A DNA stretch of 63,040 nucleotides, filler included, from Asterionella formosa (lineage: Eukaryota): NCBI GenBank assembly GCA_002256025.1. It is 4 parts of 4 records of this genome, joined end to end, with 100 filler letters (N's around TTAATTAATTAA, not from the genome) between each part and the next. Parts side by side here need not be neighbours in the genome. Positions count along the whole stretch, not along the records: positions 1 to 15,697 come from NKIB01005315.1; positions 15,798 to 31,483 come from NKIB01005317.1; 2 more parts are not named here. One strand, written 5' to 3'. Under the pieces are notes generated by a model. The model made no database searches. It had not been told where the DNA came from and saw only the letters and a program-made list of their open reading frames with translations. The position numbers and the translations under genes were made by a program. This document shows, one piece after another, positions 11,901-23,100 of this stretch (within the stretch, counting starts at the first letter, position 1; each line of letters opens with the position of its first letter).

Positions 11901-13103
11901 ATTTACCAGGAGGTGATTGATGGGAATATTCAATGATGCCGCCACAGCATGTACTCGTTCGACATGAGCAATCAGCGTAAGGGGATCATAATGAAGAACA
12001 CCACATAGCTTGGACAAGGTCGCTTCGCGGGGCTTTGGGTGCTTCTGTGGTTCCGCAATATAGTTGGCAGCCATTTGTTCTACCATTGTCATGGCTTCAT
12101 CCAGATGTTGTGCTCCATGAATGGCAGACGATAGGTAGGTTTCAATAATGGCTGGTGTCTCTACCAACACGTGTTCATGACATAGATCCATGATTAGAGC
12201 ATAAATTTCTTTGGCTCTATTCCTGTCCACTTCCGCCCATGCGGCCATGAGTTTCAAAAAGGAAGTAGCATCTGGTGTAACATTGGCCAACAATTGTTCA
12301 GGTGTAGATTGTGTAGATGATGATTGTCCAATTCGCAACAACAAATGTTCGGCATCTTGCAATATTCCCTTTTGTTCCTCAAGTGACCTCCATCGTGAAG
12401 AGGACCATTCACTGTATGCACCTAAAAGTTGACTTAAAGCAAGGCGCATCATGTTTTGATATCCTTCTGTATCTTGTCGTATATTTCTTGACGTATTCGT
12501 GCTACTATTACTACTATTCCCGCTGGTGTCCTGGGTAGTATCAAAATACACTTGAATGGATTGCATCTTTCGAAAGAGTTCAGTTGCCGTTGATAATTCT
12601 TCAAATGACAATCGTTTCGCTTCTTTTTGATACAACCTCAAGGTCACAACACCCATGTCTAAAACCGGTTGTAGCAATTTGTTTGGTATAGTTCGTTTGG
12701 TATGTGGAAGGACCAATGTATGTAACAAATGTCCAAACTCCAAGGATAGTTTGTCATTTCCAATGGTTCCATGCACAAGACAATATCTCATGACATTGTA
12801 CACATCCTTGAGTAGTGCTTGATTTGTTGTCGTTGTCATGTGTGGCGAAGGAATATTCCGATCCTTATAGGCAGCCTGTAAGGATGGGTAGGACAATAGT
12901 TGTTGGCCCAACTGAAGTGTCGTTGTTGTTGCTGCAGTTGCGTTGAATGTTGATGATGCTAGAGTAGCAAATGGTAGACATGTAGGAGGATATCGCCTTG
13001 TAGTATTAGCCTGTAGTAGGATCATCATTTGCCTACCATTCCAAAGGATTCGTTGCATCGTCATGGTGGTGTGGATCTGCAACAATCGTAGTCTATTACT
13101 CAT
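8925..13103 (-). CDS. Large pentatricopeptide-repeat (PPR) protein, probably organelle-targeted
   Basis: Intronless ORF (track 8925..13178; first ATG 13103). Many PPR motifs (PNRYIFNSVIAAWS, PDRMSYSNVMKAW, PDQVTYNTAMSCY); Arg/Ser/Thr-rich N-terminus. Confidence 0.85.
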   Translation of the reverse strand: MSNRLRLLQIHTTMTMQRILWNGRQMMILLQANTTRRYPPTCLPFATLASSTFNATAATTTTLQLGQQLLSYPSLQAAYKDRNIPSPHMTTTTNQALLKDVYNVMRYCLVHGTIGNDKLSLEFGHLLHTLVLPHTKRTIPNKLLQPVLDMGVVTLRLYQKEAKRLSFEELSTATELFRKMQSIQVYFDTTQDTSGNSSNSSTNTSRNIRQDTEGYQNMMRLALSQLLGAYSEWSSSRWRSLEEQKGILQDAEHLLLRIGQSSSTQSTPEQLLANVTPDATSFLKLMAAWAEVDRNRAKEIYALIMDLCHEHVLVETPAIIETYLSSAIHGAQHLDEAMTMVEQMAANYIAEPQKHPKPREATLSKLCGVLHYDPLTLIAHVERVHAVAASLNIPINHLLVNAVITAYAKATTLLTSVEQQMDLCGAMMEYLDAARESISWSEDQLPITYGVAIRAWAECNTPMASQQVRLLWDNAIAEEVPLDILTHNHVMRAQMHNPPNQAKQVFDHIQTHSMPNLRTWKYLFMAYEHGTKTIHDAEVAEAFLDQMMTLRKNQRPNRYIFNSVIAAWSNLQTIQGVERADAVLGRLCTEYEKQLQVLKNDPYRANVQAHPLDESFRLVVRGYTIHGNSLHLDRVTELMRHMLLLERARMEAPSNMKRYMSSVKPDGALLERVRGMYIKYYKGNEDIEGLMQSLKSTVVQNEGFQSILNSKSHNKVKEIINMMDSKLAQLPLAAKEDQLALYNVALHFIAEAAEGSRSTNAAESVLVKMERTDLIPDRMSYSNVMKAWTKIGTFPAIAQAEEHLMTFLDLNLEAANFEGVDRMHPSRRLNANCFNVVMNAYSKLNTSDGDDRVRQLYALMISASQTLPFLAPDMNSLRTFFESSPADVADTLLHDLVVQAESSEIKVPIVLFASALNKWANSGRNEAGERAEKVLRLQEKYSQNDRNAALSTISYNVVMKAISKSLPIQADLVDSLLEEMWIQQNVKVRPDQVTYNTAMSCYQRRGMPGDSEKCSNVLHRMIDRGSTPNILSICICMDAIRNSKQPDRVEQTLELLRLYQDKYNEEKTPSPKMFQLALKVMEEPGGCSSHLLRALEIFKEASETGSLTPHIFASIINIFDAYAINREMRLSGICKLMNGCKKVGMVSPLNLDRFRQSVPLEMFRNVLELPLSSGVEDTSIESLPQKWRTPLNPDEQRLLFRQFSSESTKESDRLNDVAVTERLDRVCVNGIYVHVQQQASKEQLQLEILHDENEFSLALKNLVETEASSDTLLLQALTIFNDARTAGSLTPACVAPIFRIVALKEQHTMVRNLLQQCLGLGLLSDPLLDSLREIVPAEIFRDVLHVPRRVPLENVTLVDLPPEWQDGRGSVDQLDLSCMMLSSTTSGIEGQA

Positions 13104-13221
13104 TCTTGAACAAATATGTACCAGACTAGTTCCATGTCCTGCTGCTGGCCTCGTCCTTATTTCTGAATTGTAGGGCAAGGATATGATTTGATAAGCGACA
13201 ATGAGCCCGAAGAACTGAGCA

Positions 13222-13310
13222 CAGATCAGATCAGATCAGATCAGTAATAGGTCAGATCAGATCAGATCAGATCAGATCAGGTACGATACGATACGATACG
13301 ATACGATCAG
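13222..13310. repeat. Compound pentanucleotide microsatellite (CAGAT)n/(GATAC)n
   Basis: Directly visible runs of cagat and cgata upstream of the PPR gene. Confidence 0.9.
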
Positions 13311-13739
13311 TAATTTGATGCTTTTATGTCACAGAAAATATAAAACGTTCAACCTTCCTCTATCTGTTCTTCTAAACAATCCTATCATCATTCTTAGACC
13401 ATGTTTTTCTCATGAGCATGTTGAGTTGATGTGATCATGAGATGAGCGTCAGCCACAAGTAACAATAATAGAAGATTAGTTACGAGACGACGGCAAATCA
13501 TTAAATAATTTCAGCTGGCTTATGAAGAAACATATATTTTCATAGGGTATATATATTATCAGGTTATAAGATCTTTATTGGGTGGTAAGTACCCGCCCAG
13601 GTGTCAGGTCCAGGTAACCTGATTGTACCTTGTACCAGGTACCTGATACCAGGTGGTACCTGGTATCGGATTCCTGCAAGTTGCGGTCATTTTGCTTAAA
13701 TAAACAATTTAAACTGGGATAAAGATAGCTAATTCTTTG

Positions 13740-14830
13740 GTTGTGCAAAATAACAGCTCCCAGCCGCCAGATGAAGTCTTGCCCTATACCTTTTATTTTG
13801 TGCAATCACCAATAGCACCAACTCCTTCCATTAGCAAGCCATCTGATCAAGATTAATGCCATTCCTGAATCCTCTCTGTTTCTGTATTCAATAAATTCGA
13901 CAAGCAGGGTGCCAGTGATTCCTTTATTTAGATTCAGTCCTGCTGCTGGTGTGATGGTCTAGAGAGTGGCATTCAATTCTGGTGTCTGGGTTGCTGAGAA
14001 GACTGCTGTCAGTTGCTTGTATTTCATCATGAAGAAGTTGTGTTGTAGGTCAATGTTTTTCCGCATCCTCTTTGACAATCGTATTCAGATTGGTGTCAAC
14101 TCAGGCAAATGATACTTCCCAGAAAAAGCCAGACTACAAGGTCAACATTGTCATCTTTCTCAATGGCAAACTCATTTCAGCTTCATTCTTTCTTTGTAAG
14201 TACTAGCCCTTGCTCGAATTCTTGTCAGGGACATTTTGAAGCAACCGTTCAGCGTCATTCTTTCTTTGTAAGTAGCTAGCCCTTGCTTGCTTGAATTCTT
14301 GTCAGGGCCATTTTGAAGCAACCATTTTTTGGACACTGCCATCCACCACTTGCCAATGCATATGATGTTCCATAGGGGACCCTGATGCAAACATTCCATT
14401 TTGTTGCTGGCTGGTGCATTGACATATTGAAGAAAAAGAAGATCAAATCAGGTACCATGCCCATCCAGAATCAGAAAAAGTCGGTCAAAAACTTTAATCT
14501 GTCCATCACTTTAAGTAACTCATAAGCAAAGGAGCTCTGCCATTATCGATCCATTCTCAGGACAGGAACAAAAGATTGGGTTGCTTCAATTCCATTGACG
14601 AACAAATATGACTGAAGGGCTCATTGGATAGCGTTTGTTTCTTTTTGGGGGTTGTTGCTCTTTGCCACACAATAGTTTCTGACCCCAATTTTTCCATCCT
14701 TTGTCTGTGATGTGTTAGATCCAACTCCATCCACAAGGTTACATGGTTGGTTGTTCATTTAATTCGTTGCTGTTAGTCTCTGGAAAATTACATGGTGCTG
14801 TGATTGGGACGACCACTTGCTCCAGGTGAA
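13740..14830 (-). pseudogene. Decayed pogo/Tc1-mariner-type DDE_1 transposase
   Basis: Minus-strand fragments LVDGVGSNTSQTKDGKIG, CPENGSI, LILDGHGT*FDLLFLQYVN, KWNVCIRVPYGTSY, NGCFKMALTR; many stops and frameshifts; ~74-bp internal tandem duplication at ~14183-14322. Boundaries approximate. Confidence 0.7.
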
Positions 14831-15387
14831 GGAAGTTGCATTGTCTCAAGGGTACTAGCTTTATTTTAGTTTGTACTCGCCCCTCCCCCACCATTCTCAC
14901 GGTGTTTGTTGAGTTTCATGTTCAGGTCTATCTGCTCCTAGATTCTTATTTCTTACTACCTAGTTGGGGGAATGGCTTAGTGCTTATCACACCTTCTGCA
15001 GTTGCGGGATTCGCTCCTGCATTCTCCAACAGTCGTTTTCACATAGTACCTCCCTTGTAGGGTTGTTCCAGGGGTGCAGCTGACAAAAAGACAAGTACCA
15101 TTGTACCATATGGACAAACAAAACCGGTATTAATTGTTTCCGTTGAAAAATGGGCATGGGTGCTATTATTGGATAGCTAGCTAGCTTTGACATACTATAA
15201 ACTTTATTTCAATTTTTATTTCTCACACTGCTGTTTTCATCTGACTTAAATATAACTGGTATCAAAGTGGATGCCAAAGTGGAAGGTAAGTTTGCTTCTA
15301 GTTTCAATTTTTCTGCTTGGGAACAATATAATAAATTTTTGTAGCTTCTATTGTTCGTGGAGCAGCAAGTGAACCAGTAACTCTCTA

Positions 15388-15697
15388 ACATCTAAGCCGC
15401 GTATTACGTGAAGTGACCATCACGTAAATAAGCCTAGTTGATTTTGAATGCATCACATGAATTAGTTGAATACATCAAAATACGTAGTTGAACATGTCTA
15501 TATATTATCTGAATACATCACGTTAAATATTTGATCAAAGTATCATGCATGCATTCCTGATCATCACTATATTATTTGAAATACTTCACATAATTATTTG
15601 AAATCCTTCACGTAATTCTGTAATTTCGTTCACATAATTGTAGAATAAAGTTCACTTAATATGTTAAATTTGTTTACGTAATTTTCTGGAGCTCATT
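15388..15697 (+). mobile_element. End (long TIR) of the same element family as 43919..45360, truncated by contig end
   Basis: Starts ACATCTAAGCCGCGTATTACGTGAAGTGACC and aligns over ~300 bp with 43919 onward. Confidence 0.85.
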
Positions 15698-15797
15698 NNN
15701 NNNNNNNNNNNNNNNNNNNNNNNNNNNNNNNNNNNNNNNNNTTAATTAATTAANNNNNNNNNNNNNNNNNNNNNNNNNNNNNNNNNNNNNNNNNNNN
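15698..15797. other. Artificial contig-joining linker (44N + TTAATTAATTAA + 44N)
   Basis: Six-frame stop 12-mer at 15742-15753 inside Ns; identical to the linkers at 31484 and 47266. Confidence 0.97.
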
Positions 15798-16142
15798 TAA
15801 CATATTAAGTGAACTTTATTCTACAATTATGTGAACGAAATTACAGAATTACGTGAAGGATTTCAAATAATTATGTGAAGTATTTCAAATAATTATGTGA
15901 AGTATTTCAAATAATTATGTGAAGTATTTCAAATAATTATGTGAAGGTGATCACATAATATAGTGATGATCAGGAATGCATGCATGATACTTTGATCAAA
16001 TATTTAACGTGATGTATTCAGATAATAAATAGACATGTTCAACTACGTATTTTGATGTATTCAACTAATTCATGTGATGCATTCAAAATCAACTAGGCTT
16101 ATTTACGTGATGGTCACTTCACGTAATACGCGGCTTAGATGT
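15798..16142 (-). mobile_element. End (long TIR) of the same element family at the start of contig 2
   Basis: Ends CACGTAATACGCGGCTTAGATGT; contains ~4 tandem ~22-bp subrepeats (atttcaaataattatgtgaagt). Confidence 0.85.
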
Positions 16143-16489
16143 CCCACACCAAGGGAAAACCTTTTACCTTTGAAAAGGTTTGATGTAATGGATATTAATT
16201 CAGTCCGTAGTATGCATAGTTTGTTGAAAAGTAACTGGACCATTGGCATATACTTGAATAAATAGAATAAGGACCTCGTCCATGGTCATCCAAGGTAGTA
16301 GGATTATCCAATAGGATTAAAACCTCATCAACAACCTTGTAATCGCAAGAACGACGACGGAAAGTATCACGACGTAGTCATTTGTCAATTATCACTTATC
16401 GACATTGATATCCCAATATCAATTTCATATCTGTAATCAAATCGTGTTGGAAAACCCATGTTCCTGGTGAAAATACACAATGTACTATA

Positions 16490-17497
16490 GTGCCAAATAT
16501 ATGCATGGAGTTTCCACATAATGTGGCACTAACGCTGGCACATCCACTCCTTTGGGCGGTTTTTGAGCCAAGTCTACTGGGTTTCTTACCAGGCAAGCTG
16601 ACACAACGGATCCAGATGGCATGCGCACTTGTACGTAATCTACCACTAGGTACAAATCCTGTGGGGAAACGGCTAATTGTTGTGAATGGTGCAGAGGCGG
16701 AACTCTACATTAATGAGATCTGGGATCCAGATGAGTTTTCGAACAATGTGGGTGAAGAAGTTGCTGAAGTGTCAACAGGAGTAGCTGCAGTTTCAACAGG
16801 AAATAATGGAGGAGGAGGCGTGCAGCAGCACCACTAACAATAAGCCGTCAATGCATTTATTCAGAGGAACCGGAACAAGAACGAATTCCTTGGGCTGTAC
16901 TCACAGCAAAGGGAGATTCAAGGAGAGGTGAAGGAGATTCAAAGCCAGATTTCCATCCTTACAAGCACCATGACCAAAGGGATGGGCAAGATGCAGACAA
17001 GCTTGAATCGACTTTCCCGGATGCCAGCACAAATGCTCAGGGGCAGTGTTTCTAATTTTGCTTTTGGCATAAAAAATGCCAACAACAACCTGAATTCAAA
17101 CGTCGAAAATGTTGCTGTCATAGGGACCATTAACAACAGCCAAGCAGGCAATGACGACAAACAAACAAATATGGCTTTGGATCCTGTTTACAATAGGTTC
17201 CTTTCCAAGACACCAAAAACACTATTTGTTCTTTGGCAAGAATGGGAATTTGGAATTACAGGACGAAAACCAACAAGGATATTTACAAGGGCAGAGAGGG
17301 GGAGGAAATTTTTTATCTATTATCGACGCAAGGTTTTCTGGGATACAGTGGCAGGTCTTGTTCGAGCTGGGTACACTGCACATTTTGCAATCGACCGAAT
17401 CTATGAGGCATATGGTCCAGAGAAGACTATTACTCAAATTCTCAACCAAACGTTGAAAGATCGCCGCAATGGTGGGCATCCACAACTATGTGTCTAA
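16490..17497 (+). pseudogene. 3' remnant of a Crypton-like element with GCR1_C domain
   Basis: ORFs 16490..16837 and 16928..17497 share a frame, separated by two TAA in a Gln/His tract; LSKTPKTLFVLWQEWEFGITGRKP...YYRRKVFWDTV is GCR1_C-like. The recombinase catalytic part is not seen. Confidence 0.7.
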
Positions 17498-18430
17498 CTA
17501 GATTTACATATAACTATTGGGAAACTACTACATGCTTACATTCCATTCTCCTTTGATTTACAATTTACATTCTGACTTCATTTTATTTTCGCATGCATGA
17601 TATGATATCATGCGTAAACCGGTATATTGTGGCTATTTACATACAGGCGATATTTGACATGTACTGCCAAGCCAAAAATGATCGAGACCATACTCCAGTG
17701 CATGCTTTGTATGTCATGCTAGTAAACTACTAGTGCACTAGCTTTCACTACGGCAAAAAATGGTAGTATTGGGGGTAGAATTAATTGTCAATACTAGCAC
17801 AGTATTGGAAGATGTGAAAGAATAACCAGCCAAGAGCAACCGCGAAATTTCATTTCAGAACTCTTATTTTCAATAAACATAACAAAATTCAATGAATGTA
17901 CCGGTACATACATAGGACTATTTTATGATAGTACCGGTATAGTTTTTGCGTGTCATGTTCTGTAGCATTAAGATATGTATAGATGGTACCAAACCAAGGT
18001 GCCAAACTATCCATGTACTGCCTCTATGTCCTTTGACATACCTTTCGAAGTATACGCGGTAAACCATGTCCATAAACATAAATACCCGCATAAATTTTGA
18101 TTGTATTAAAAATTTTCGCTACCTTTAGTCAGCTGTTAAGCCCATACTGAGGTCTTATTTAGGGTCCGTCTTACAGAGTGAGAAGGAAGTCAACAAAAAG
18201 TATACATAAGTGCTCCGGTATAAGTATATTTTCTTCGCTCGTTCCTCATTTGTATTGCATAAAAGAAACATAAACAAGAAAGTTCAAGTCAGTGTTCTCG
18301 TTGCCTGAGCATCATACACAATCAGTCATTCGACGCTACTGCGAGTTTGCTTTTCGGTCCTTTCGCACACTTCCTCCATTATTGCTCAGACTCAACATCA
18401 TCCGGCAACCCCTCAAGTTTCCAAAATATC

Positions 18431-19123
18431 ATGTTCCACTCGTCTACGTTGTATCATATCCCCAAGACGATATCCAGTCCAATTGTCCAGATCATGATGG
18501 AAATGAAGGTCCCCTGCCCGCCGGTCAAGATTGTGACTTTAAATTTTAGCGACATCAAATCGCCTTGGTATTTAGCCATCAACCCCATGGGAACTTCGCC
18601 TGCATTTCAAGACGGCGACTTGATCATTTGGGAGTCTGGGGCGGTACTGTCACATCTTTTGGAAACATATGATACAAGTTTCAAGTTTCATCCAGCTCCT
18701 GGGAGCGGCGTCCAACGAGGAAAGTTTCTTCAGATTCAACAATATATAATCGCGACTGTCTACCCATTCATTGCTTCATTATTTCTCCATACGCTGAAAC
18801 CTCTAGACGAGCAAGATGAATCCTATGTTGAAATTGCCAAGAACAAGTGGCGAAACTTGCTGGCACCAACCCTGGTCAAGGCATTGGGAGAAGGGCCCTT
18901 TTTTCTGGGAAACGAGCGATCGGCTGTTGATTTTCTGATTTGTAAGCCACTCAACAATGTTAAGTCCATGGGACTGTTGAGTGAAACACCCACCTTGGAG
19001 GCACTTTTTATGACAATACAAAATTTACCATCCTTTGATGAAGCATATGGCTCGCCAGTGAGGAACACGCTTGTACATTCAAAGGAAAAGCGATGCATGG
19101 TACTTGTTCCGCATGACAAATAA
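18431..19123 (+). CDS. Glutathione S-transferase family protein
   Basis: YLAINPMGTSPAFQDGDLIIWESGAVLSHLLETY (GST N-domain) and LGEGPFFLGNERSAVD (C-domain N-cap). Confidence 0.88.
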   Translation: MFHSSTLYHIPKTISSPIVQIMMEMKVPCPPVKIVTLNFSDIKSPWYLAINPMGTSPAFQDGDLIIWESGAVLSHLLETYDTSFKFHPAPGSGVQRGKFLQIQQYIIATVYPFIASLFLHTLKPLDEQDESYVEIAKNKWRNLLAPTLVKALGEGPFFLGNERSAVDFLICKPLNNVKSMGLLSETPTLEALFMTIQNLPSFDEAYGSPVRNTLVHSKEKRCMVLVPHDK

Positions 19124-19658
19124 CAAGTAGTTTTGTGGTTGTTGTGATTGATTTGTGACAATGAGAGAAAACTCATTGCTGGCAAGTGAGTTTTTGATGT
19201 CATCAAAGTGCCCAAAACATAATAGTAGCTAATCATAATTCCTACAGTTTGCTATCATTTACCCTGTTTATGAGGTCACCAACACTACCAAAAGCACCGC
19301 CATTGTCAATCAATTGATTTAGCATTGCTAGCGCCGGTTTTCTCATGGTTAATTATGCTCGAGGGGTATCTCAGTGGCAACTTTTCCAAACTACCGGTAA
19401 GCAAGCAGGAGTAGTAAGATAATGTACTATAGGAGTTTGTTGAAGCAATGATGACTCCACTAAAATTTCGGTGAAACTCAACGAAAAAGTTTTACTTTTG
19501 AAAAGTACCGGTATATGTACAAGGAAAAATGCACAGTCTAAAACAATCCGGTTTCATGTGATTACCGTATCTTAGTTTTTGCCTGTATACCGGTACATGG
19601 TACCAGGTACTTCATTTGATATACCGGTATGCAGTATACGTATTCATAAAATTTGCTA

Positions 19659-19688
19659 TTTACCGCAACCTGTTCAGGTTGCGGTAAA
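19659..19688. repeat. Perfect 14-bp inverted repeat with 2-nt spacer
   Basis: TTTACCGCAACCTG-TT-CAGGTTGCGGTAAA; a third half-site TTTACCGCAAC at 19730-19740. Confidence 0.9.
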
Positions 19689-20123
19689 GGAGAAAATTAG
19701 CTTTATTTTCTTTAGAGAAAAAACCGTCTTTTACCGCAACTCCCCGATATAACAAGCCAGTGCGATGATGAGTGTGTAGCTAATATCCGGACTCGTCTCG
19801 GCCTGCCCGCCTGCTATAAGCTATATTGGACGACCTGTTGTTAATTCCTCACAGGCAACGACAGCAAATCATCAACAAGGAAGCAAAAGGAAATCGTCAT
19901 TTTCCTTTTGTTGCTTGCCACAACAAACAACAGTAAAATTCGTTCCATACAGTTGCCAAAGTCAAAACAGATCAAAGTATCTCCTGAATAATAAGGACGA
20001 AGCGAACAATTATATAGAAGCAAGCTTGCAAAAAGGACGCTTCCATCCTCATCATCTTCTTCTTCATCATCATCATTATTAAGCCCCTCCCATTTGCCGT
20101 ACTCATTCACAGCCTAGTCAATT

Positions 20124-23100
20124 ATGGGACCTGCAGTGAAGCGTGCCAAGACGGCATTTCAATATTATCAAGCTGATGCACTCTCTAAAATTCGCAAGGA
20201 GATGGGATCAGGAACGTCCATGGGTGATGCCATGACTGAGGTACGAACATGCTGGAGCAACTACTACTACTAGTAGTAGTGAGTGGCACATGCATGTTAT
20301 CCAAAAGGAAGCACTGTCACTCACACGTTTCTTGGTATTCATTGTTATTATTATTGCTATTGTTATTATTTTTGTAATTACCAACTACTATTTCGACATA
20401 CAACAGCTCGCAGCACGTTGGAAAACTATTTCATCCACAGAACGACAACCATATATTGATCAAGAAACGTCGGATCGTATCCGCTTCCAAGAAGAAACGG
20501 CAAAAGCCGATGCTGAGCAATTGGCAGAACAAGAAGCCAGGCGTTTGAAATTAGAGCGTCAGGAGGGGGAAGTTACATCCTCACGTGGGGCACGTCAAGA
20601 GCAACAAGTGTTGCGTGATGAAAAGGAGGCCAGGCGGAAAGAACTGGCAGATCGACGACGTAGCGAAATGGATCCTGAAGAATTGGAAGAACGCGAGGCA
20701 GCACGTGCGGCAAAGAAAAAAGAAGTGGATGAAAGACAACGGAAACGAGCAGACGAAGAAGCCCTTGTACAAGATAGGCACAAGAAATTAAACAAGGAAG
20801 AAGCGAAAAAGGCAGCGAGTCGATTGGAATATCTATTGAAGCAATCCAGCATTTTTGCGAAACTTAAAATGGGAGGTGGAGACCCGACGGAAGAAGGTGG
20901 TGGGGCGTCGCCAGATCATAGACAAAGGGAAGACAAATACAAAAAGGCCGGGACAAACGTGGCTTTGGAGGAAGAGGAAGAGGACGAAGAGGAGGAACAG
21001 CACCACTTTTTAACAAAACAACCGAACTGTATCAAACATGGACAGATGAAACCTTATCAGTTGGAGGGACTGAATTGGATGATTCACTTGGCGGAGAAAG
21101 GGTTGAACGGGATACTTGCTGACGAAATGGTGAGTCAATGGATTCTAATGGATAATGCTTCCATTGAGGAATTGATGCGAATGATGCAAATCGTCTGATC
21201 AACCTTGTTCCTTTTTAAATACAGGGTCTTGGAAAAACTCTTCAATCGATTTCCATTCTAGCCTACCAATACGAATTCCAAAGAATCCAAGGTCCGCACT
21301 TGATTTGTGTTCCTAAATCGACCCTGTCCAATTGGATGAATGAGTTGAATCGCTGGTGCCCAGCACTCCGTGTCATTCGCTTTCACGGCTCCAAAGAAGA
21401 GCGCGAGCATTTGAAGGAAGAATACTTTACTAATGAAGCTGCGGCTCACGATGGAAGACGTCCTGATAAGAAACAATACTTGGAAAAAGGGGAATGGACT
21501 GACGACAACAGCGAAAATCCAAGAGCATGGGATGTGTGCGTGTCAACATACGAAGTCTGTAATGCCGAGCGAAAAACTTTGCAGAAATTTGCTTGGAAGT
21601 ATTTGGTCATTGATGAAGCGCATAGATTGAAAAACGAGGCGAGCTTATTTAGTCAAACCGTCAGATCGTTCCATACTCAGCACCGGCTACTTTTAACTGG
21701 AACAGTGAGTGTTTTTTTTGGTTTTCCTATGGCTTATTGTGACCTGTTTTCTTTGCTCAACCCAGACATTTCAATAATCTGCAGCCTCTTCAAAATAATC
21801 TTCACGAGCTTTGGGCACTTTTGAATTTTTTGTTACCAGATATTTTTGGGTCCTCGGAACAGTTTGACGAATGGTTTGATTTGGAGATTGACGACGAAGA
21901 GGCCAAGCAACAAATGATTTCGCAACTACACAAAGTTCTTCGTCCATTTATGATTCGTCGCCTCAAGGTAGATGTGGCCAAGGGCTTACCTCCAAAAACG
22001 GAGACTCTCATCATGGTAGGGATGTCAAAGATGCAAAAGCAATTGTATAAGAAGCTATTGCTTCGTGATTTGGATAGTATCACTGGTGGGCCTGCTTCCG
22101 GTAGCAATCGAACTGCAGTTCTCAATATTGTAATGCAGCTGCGAAAGTGTTGTGGACACCCGTACTTGTTTGAGGGATTGGAAGATAGAAGCCTTGATCC
22201 TTTGGGTGAGCATCTTGTCGAAAACTGTGGAAAATTGGTCATGGTAGACAAACTTTTGAAGAAACTCAAGGAACGTGGATCTCGCGTTTTAATTTTTACA
22301 CAAATGACCAGAATCTTGGACATTCTGGAAGATTTTTTGCATATGCGAGGGTACAACTTTTGCCGAATCGATGGAAATACCACATACGAAGATCGTGAAG
22401 CTGGTATTGACGCGTTCAATGCCCCGAACAGCGACAAGTTTGTCTTTATTCTGTCGACCCGTGCTGGTGGACTTGGAATCAATCTACAGACTGCGGATAT
22501 TTGCATCCTCTACGACAGTGATTGGAACCCTCAAGCAGATCTTCAAGCTCAGGATCGCTGTCATCGATTGGGTCAAAAGAAACCAGTGAGCGTGTACCGG
22601 ATGGTTTCGGAGAACACAATTGAGGAAAAGATTGTTGAGCGCGCTCAGCAAAAACTGAAGCTTGATGCTATGGTTGTCCAGCAAGGCCGACTGAAAGAAA
22701 AGGATAGCAAGGTCAGCAAAGAAGAAATCTTGGCTGCTATTCGATTTGGAGCAGACACTGTATTCCGCTCGGAGGAGAGTACAATTACCGATGATGATAT
22801 TGACGTCATCTTGGAGCGTGGTGCAGCAAAGACAAAGGAGCTTGCAGATAAGATTCAAAAGGCCGAAAAGGGAGATTTGCTTGATTTTCGTCTTGATGGT
22901 GGACTATCGGCACAAACGTTTGAAGGTATTGACTATAGTGACAAGGAACTCAGAAATCAACTTCGCCTGCTGGCTGCCGATTCGATGGGCAAGCGGGAAC
23001 GTCGGGCTCCTCCCACAAACTATAATCCAATCATCGAGCCAAAGAAGTCGATGGTGTTGAATAACGAGCGAGTGAAGCTCCCCAAAAGTCTTCGCTTGCC

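Noticed and set aside
15742..15753. TTAATTAATTAA as a biological motif or piggyBac target site
   Set aside because: Identical six-frame-stop spacer embedded in Ns at three places; it is an assembly construct.
15860..15946. CRISPR-like direct repeats
   Set aside because: Head-to-tail ~22-bp units without spacers, inside a TIR, in a eukaryote with no cas genes.
15388..16142. Single ~750-bp foldback element spanning the N gap
   Set aside because: The two arms lie on different contigs joined by an artificial linker; they are independent copies of one repeat family unless reads show otherwise.
16835..16843. TAA read as Gln (alternative genetic code)
   Set aside because: Intact genes here terminate at TAA and their long ORFs lack internal TAA; C>T decay is simpler.
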